Of a stretch of 64,000 nucleotides of DNA, positions 57,301-64,000 are shown one piece after another (the first letter of the stretch is position 1; every line of letters starts with the position of its first letter). The stretch lies in assembly GCA_026129095.1 (NCBI GenBank), contig JAHCIT010000005.1, positions 62,001-126,000 on the forward strand, in the 5' to 3' direction. The stretch is from Deltaproteobacteria bacterium. GTDB lineage: Bacteria; JAGRBM01; JAHCIT01. Under the pieces are notes generated by a model. It did not search any database. It was given only the letters and a program-made list of their open reading frames with translations, and was not told the origin of the DNA. The position numbers were made by a program, and so were the translations under genes.

Positions 57301-59781
57301 CTACCCGGCGCGCCGCTGGATCATGCCTTCGACGGCTTCGGGGGGAAGGATAAGATCGCGGCGGCCGGTCTGGCCCACCTGGGGGCCGACAATGCCGTCG
57401 TATTCCATCTGCTCGACGTAGCGGGCGGCCTTGTTGTAGCCGACGCTCATGCGGCGCTGGAGATAGCTGATGGATATCTTGCGCTCCTTGAGGACCACGC
57501 GGATCGCCTCGATGTAGCGGGGATCGCCGAACATGTCCTCGCTGGAGCCGCCGGGCCCCTCCTCGTCGTCACCGGGCATGGTGAGAATCTCGCCGATGTA
57601 TTCGGGCTTGCCGGTCTTGCGCAGAAAATCACAGACCGCGTTCACCTCGTCGTCGGAAATGAACGCCCCGTGAATACGCTCGGGGGCGCTCGATTTCGAG
57701 TGGATGAACAGCATGTCGCCGTTGCCGAGCAGTTCCTCTGCGCCGGGCTCGTCCAGCACGGTCTTGGAATCAACACCCGTGCGGAGCTTGAAGCTGACGC
57801 GGGTCGGCAGGTTCGCCTTGAGCGATCCGGTGACGATGTTCACCGACGGACGCTGGGTGGCGATGATGAGATGGATACCGACGGCACGGGCCATCTGGGC
57901 AATCCGCTGGATCTGGACTTCCACCTCCTTTCCCACGGTCATCATGAGGTCGGCCATCTCGTCCACGACAACGAAGATGCGGTGCATGGGCACAGGGGGA
58001 GTCAGCGCCATCGATTCGGGCAGCGGGGACGGCAGTCCCGATGCGGCATCCACTCCGGCCGATTCACCCGGCCGGATACCCTCGGCGGCGGCCTCGGCCG
58101 GAAGGCTGGAGCCGTGCCAGTTTTTCCACGAGCCATCCTTCAGGGCCTTGCGGACCGTCTCGTTATAACCGTCAATGCTCCGCACCCCGCGCTCGGCCAG
58201 TTGCGTCAGCCGGTGCTCCATTTCGGCCACGGCCCACCGGAGTGCCGAGGCGGCCTTCTTCACGTCCACGATGATCGGGGCCAGCAGGTGAGGGATGTCC
58301 TCATAAGGCTTCAGTTCGACCATCTTCGGGTCGATCATGATGAAGCGGGCGTCCTCCGGACGGCATTTGTACAGGAGCGAGATCAGGGTCGAGTTGATCC
58401 AGACCGACTTGCCTGCGCCCGTGGTGCCCGCAACGAGCAGGTGCGGCGCCTTGGTCAGCTCGAAATAGATCGGCTTGCCGTGGATGTTCTTGCCCATCGG
58501 AACGATGTAGGGCGACGGGGCCTTCTGGAACTCGTCGTCCTCGACCAGTTCCTTCAGCGTGATCGTCTCGCGGTCCTTGTTGGGCACCTCGATCCCGACC
58601 ACCGATTTGCCCGGGATGGGCGCGAGAATCCGGATGTTCGGCACGGCGAGGCCCAGCTTGAGGTCCGGTATGAGCTTCTGGATCGCCGAGACACGCACCC
58701 CCTGCCCCGGCTCGAACTCGTATGTCGTCGCCACCGGGCCGGGCTCGATCTGGGTCACGCCGCCCTTCACTCCAAAATCGAGAAGCTTCTTTTCGATGAG
58801 CCGCGCCGTCGCCTGGAGCGCATCGGGGTTCTGCCTGATGCGGCGGGCGTCGGTTTGCAGGAGTTCCACCGGCGGGAGCGGCGCGGGTGTCCCTTCGGCA
58901 CGGGCGAATTCAAACGCCTCCTGCACCACCTTCCGCACCTTGGCACGCTTTTTCTTCTGGGCCGGGGCGGCTTCCCCGGCCTCGTCGTGGGTCACCACCA
59001 CCGGTTCGGGCGTCGGACGCGCCGCATCCAGTTCGGCCGACATCTCGCGGACAATCGATTCGCGTTCTTCCAGGGCGTCCTGGACCAGCTTCTCCTCGCG
59101 GGCCTTTTCCATGGCCGCACGGGCCCAGTGCCAGGTGTCACGGATCGCCTTCAGGAGCGAGAACCGCACCAGCAACTGAAGGGAGACGACGGTAAGCGCA
59201 AGGCCGATCACCACCGCACCCGACCGGGAGAAGAACCGGGCCAGAAGGCCCTGCCCCACCAGGAGACCGATCGTTCCGCCACCAGCCACCTGACCGGCCG
59301 GACCATGGGAAAACACCACGCTCGACAGCGCCGCCGCGCATATAACGAGGCCGCCAAAGGCGGCTGTCCGGGCGGCGAGCGCCTTCCCCCACGGAATCTC
59401 CCGCTCGGTGAAAAACCGCCAGGCCAGATACAGTGCCGCCGGTCCCATGAGCCAGGAACCCCAGCCCACCATGTCGATCAGGAGATTCTCGGCCACCCAG
59501 TGCCCGGCACGGCCGAACCAGTTGGCCATCTGCTCGCCGGGACGGTCGCTCGCATCGTACGAAACGAGGCTCCCCAGAAGGAATATGCCCAGAAGTCCCC
59601 ATCCGAGGCCCACCATCTCGTTTTTGATTGCGCCAAAGCGGTCAGCTTCGCCGCCGGTGACAGCGGCGCCGTCCACCGCCGCAGGGGAAGTCCGGCGGGC
59701 GCGCCTTTTCGGCGTAGCGGCCTCCGGCGGCGGCAGTTCCGGCATCAGGTCTTCAGTGGTTTCGGGGACAATCGTCGGCAT
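57301..59781 (-). CDS. ftsK: DNA translocase FtsK
   Basis: N-terminal TMs, PHLLVAGTTGAGKS, DPKMVEL, ATQRPS, gamma domain ISYLQRRMSVGYNKAAR. Confidence 0.96.
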   Translation of the reverse strand: MPTIVPETTEDLMPELPPPEAATPKRRARRTSPAAVDGAAVTGGEADRFGAIKNEMVGLGWGLLGIFLLGSLVSYDASDRPGEQMANWFGRAGHWVAENLLIDMVGWGSWLMGPAALYLAWRFFTEREIPWGKALAARTAAFGGLVICAAALSSVVFSHGPAGQVAGGGTIGLLVGQGLLARFFSRSGAVVIGLALTVVSLQLLVRFSLLKAIRDTWHWARAAMEKAREEKLVQDALEERESIVREMSAELDAARPTPEPVVVTHDEAGEAAPAQKKKRAKVRKVVQEAFEFARAEGTPAPLPPVELLQTDARRIRQNPDALQATARLIEKKLLDFGVKGGVTQIEPGPVATTYEFEPGQGVRVSAIQKLIPDLKLGLAVPNIRILAPIPGKSVVGIEVPNKDRETITLKELVEDDEFQKAPSPYIVPMGKNIHGKPIYFELTKAPHLLVAGTTGAGKSVWINSTLISLLYKCRPEDARFIMIDPKMVELKPYEDIPHLLAPIIVDVKKAASALRWAVAEMEHRLTQLAERGVRSIDGYNETVRKALKDGSWKNWHGSSLPAEAAAEGIRPGESAGVDAASGLPSPLPESMALTPPVPMHRIFVVVDEMADLMMTVGKEVEVQIQRIAQMARAVGIHLIIATQRPSVNIVTGSLKANLPTRVSFKLRTGVDSKTVLDEPGAEELLGNGDMLFIHSKSSAPERIHGAFISDDEVNAVCDFLRKTGKPEYIGEILTMPGDDEEGPGGSSEDMFGDPRYIEAIRVVLKERKISISYLQRRMSVGYNKAARYVEQMEYDGIVGPQVGQTGRRDLILPPEAVEGMIQRRAG

Positions 59782-59899
59782 GGTCCGGGCGTACGTCCAA
59801 AGAAGGCGCGGCTCCACAAAAGTCGGCCGCACCTATATAAGCCCACACCTGACACCGGAACCCCAACAGGATACCGGACCCTGCGGGGATTGCAACGGA

Positions 59900-60874
59900 T
59901 TACCGCGCCGGTTCGAACAGGCCGGCCTTCAGGTAATCCGCGCCCGGAAAATCGGGCGGCGGCGGAAGCCGCTCGACAAGGCGGAACATGGCCAGCGACT
60001 GCCGGAACGATGCCCACGACCAGCCGGCAAGGTTCGACGCCGCCAGCAGAAGGCCGCCCGGCGCAAGGACCGTTTTCAGGTCATGGGCCATGCTCAGGTA
60101 CCCGTCACGAACAGTGAAACGGCCCTCCCGGCTCGTGGCATAGGAAGGCGGATCAACGACGATGATATCGAAACGCTCTCCACGGCCGGCCAGGTCCGCC
60201 AGATAGGCCACCGCGTCGGCCCGCACCTGACGGATTGAACCCTGCACTCCGGACAGTTCCGCGTTGGCCCTTGCCCAGTCGAGCCACCGGGGACCGATAT
60301 CCACCTCGACAACCTCCGGCGCACCGCGGAGCGCCGCCACCACCGAGAAGGCGCCGGTGTAGGAGAACAGATTCAGGGCACGAACGCCCCTGCCCTCCTT
60401 CAGCCGGCGCCTGACCTGCGCTCCAACAACCTTGCGGCCGTCGCGCATATCGAGAAAAAGACCGGTCGAAAACCCTGCCTCCAGCGACACCCATAACGGA
60501 ACGCCGTTTTCTGTCACCTGGAACCGTCCCGCCGGTGGCTCCCCGAACAGGACATCGGGCCTTGCAGGCTCGTCGCCGGAATGGGAGAGGTTGTCCGGCC
60601 GGGATTTCCAGACAGCACTCCTCGCTTCCATGCCAAACCGGTCCTTCAGGGCCGAAGCGGCCTGCTCGCACCAGTACCGGGCGGCATTCCGGGGATTCTT
60701 TTCGGTCTTCGGATAGTGGGTGGCCAGCAGGTGACCGGCATAGAAGTCGATGGTCAGTTCCGGATGCAGTTCAAAATGGGAAACCCGGAAGGCATCCGAT
60801 GCCTTGGCTACGCCCGCCCGGAGATCGAGCAGCCGGGCGAGATTGCCGGACGGTGATGATGAACCGGACGCCAT
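59900..60874 (-). CDS. RlmI/RlmK-family rRNA methyltransferase
   Basis: ENG, STGLFLDMR, LNLFSYTGAFS, DPPSY, YLK. Confidence 0.88.
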   Translation of the reverse strand: MASGSSSPSGNLARLLDLRAGVAKASDAFRVSHFELHPELTIDFYAGHLLATHYPKTEKNPRNAARYWCEQAASALKDRFGMEARSAVWKSRPDNLSHSGDEPARPDVLFGEPPAGRFQVTENGVPLWVSLEAGFSTGLFLDMRDGRKVVGAQVRRRLKEGRGVRALNLFSYTGAFSVVAALRGAPEVVEVDIGPRWLDWARANAELSGVQGSIRQVRADAVAYLADLAGRGERFDIIVVDPPSYATSREGRFTVRDGYLSMAHDLKTVLAPGGLLLAASNLAGWSWASFRQSLAMFRLVERLPPPPDFPGADYLKAGLFEPAR

Positions 60875-61064
60875 ACTCAAGGTGCCGAGTGTAGACGAAA
60901 AACCGGCATTTGCCGGGCGTTCCGGAAAGGCAGCCGGAACCTGCAACCGGCGTCTTTTCTCCGGGGTATGAATAGGCTACTCAAAAGGCCCGTTCGGCCG
61001 GACCGGCACTCCACATGCGGTCCGGATACTCCCCAAGCGCCCGGAAAAGGAGCCCCCGCCGCTC

Positions 61065-62369
<1,305 letters not shown>

Positions 62370-62399
62370 TCCGGCCTCAAGAACCGGGAAGGCAGGTAA

Positions 62400-64000
<1,601 letters not shown>

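Noticed and set aside
57670-60117. 815-aa plus-strand ORF (likewise 2566-3978, 53839-55509, 34547-36726, 42561-43467)
   Set aside because: Antisense shadows of high-GC coding genes; no motifs

Overview
GC-rich bacterial chromosomal window; gene content suggests a deltaproteobacterial/Myxococcota-like heterotroph, but taxonomy cannot be fixed from sequence alone. (1) 1-5134: start of a periplasmic (Tat) NXR/pNar-type molybdoenzyme operon (Cys-motif hypothetical, nxrA/narG-like, 82-aa acidic ORF, partial nxrB/narH-like), followed by a 3' fragment of tRNA-Lys(CTT) that looks like an attR. (2) 5591-13194: a 7.6-kb integrase-less island ending in a second copy of that att fragment. It encodes a sigma54 activator, a LuxD-like thioesterase fused to a PaaK/LuxE-like adenylating ligase, a 7TM protein with a degenerate sigma54-type AAA tail, and an XRE regulator; this is the best candidate for an undescribed system (putative lipid-signal synthase/receptor circuit). 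(3) 13.2-22 kb: lipid/aromatic catabolic cluster (SDRs, enoyl-CoA hydratase, acyl-CoA ligase, Rieske oxygenase, P450, two TetRs, KstR-like operators). (4) 22-46 kb: mostly housekeeping (ABC-F, desaturase, ABC1 kinase, murJ, ndk, sucCD, bfr, porin, DciA-like, ggt, GT4). (5) tRNA-Lys(TTT) carrying a 4.8-kb minimal integrative element (integrase, xis/AlpA, DnaB-N + AAA helicase) bounded by a 49-bp direct repeat, then an orphan RHS C-terminus/lipoprotein pair and iteron-like repeats. (6) sdhCAB, dps, ftsK, an rRNA methyltransferase, icd, mdh and a partial terC. All family calls come from motif recognition by eye; no searches were run.
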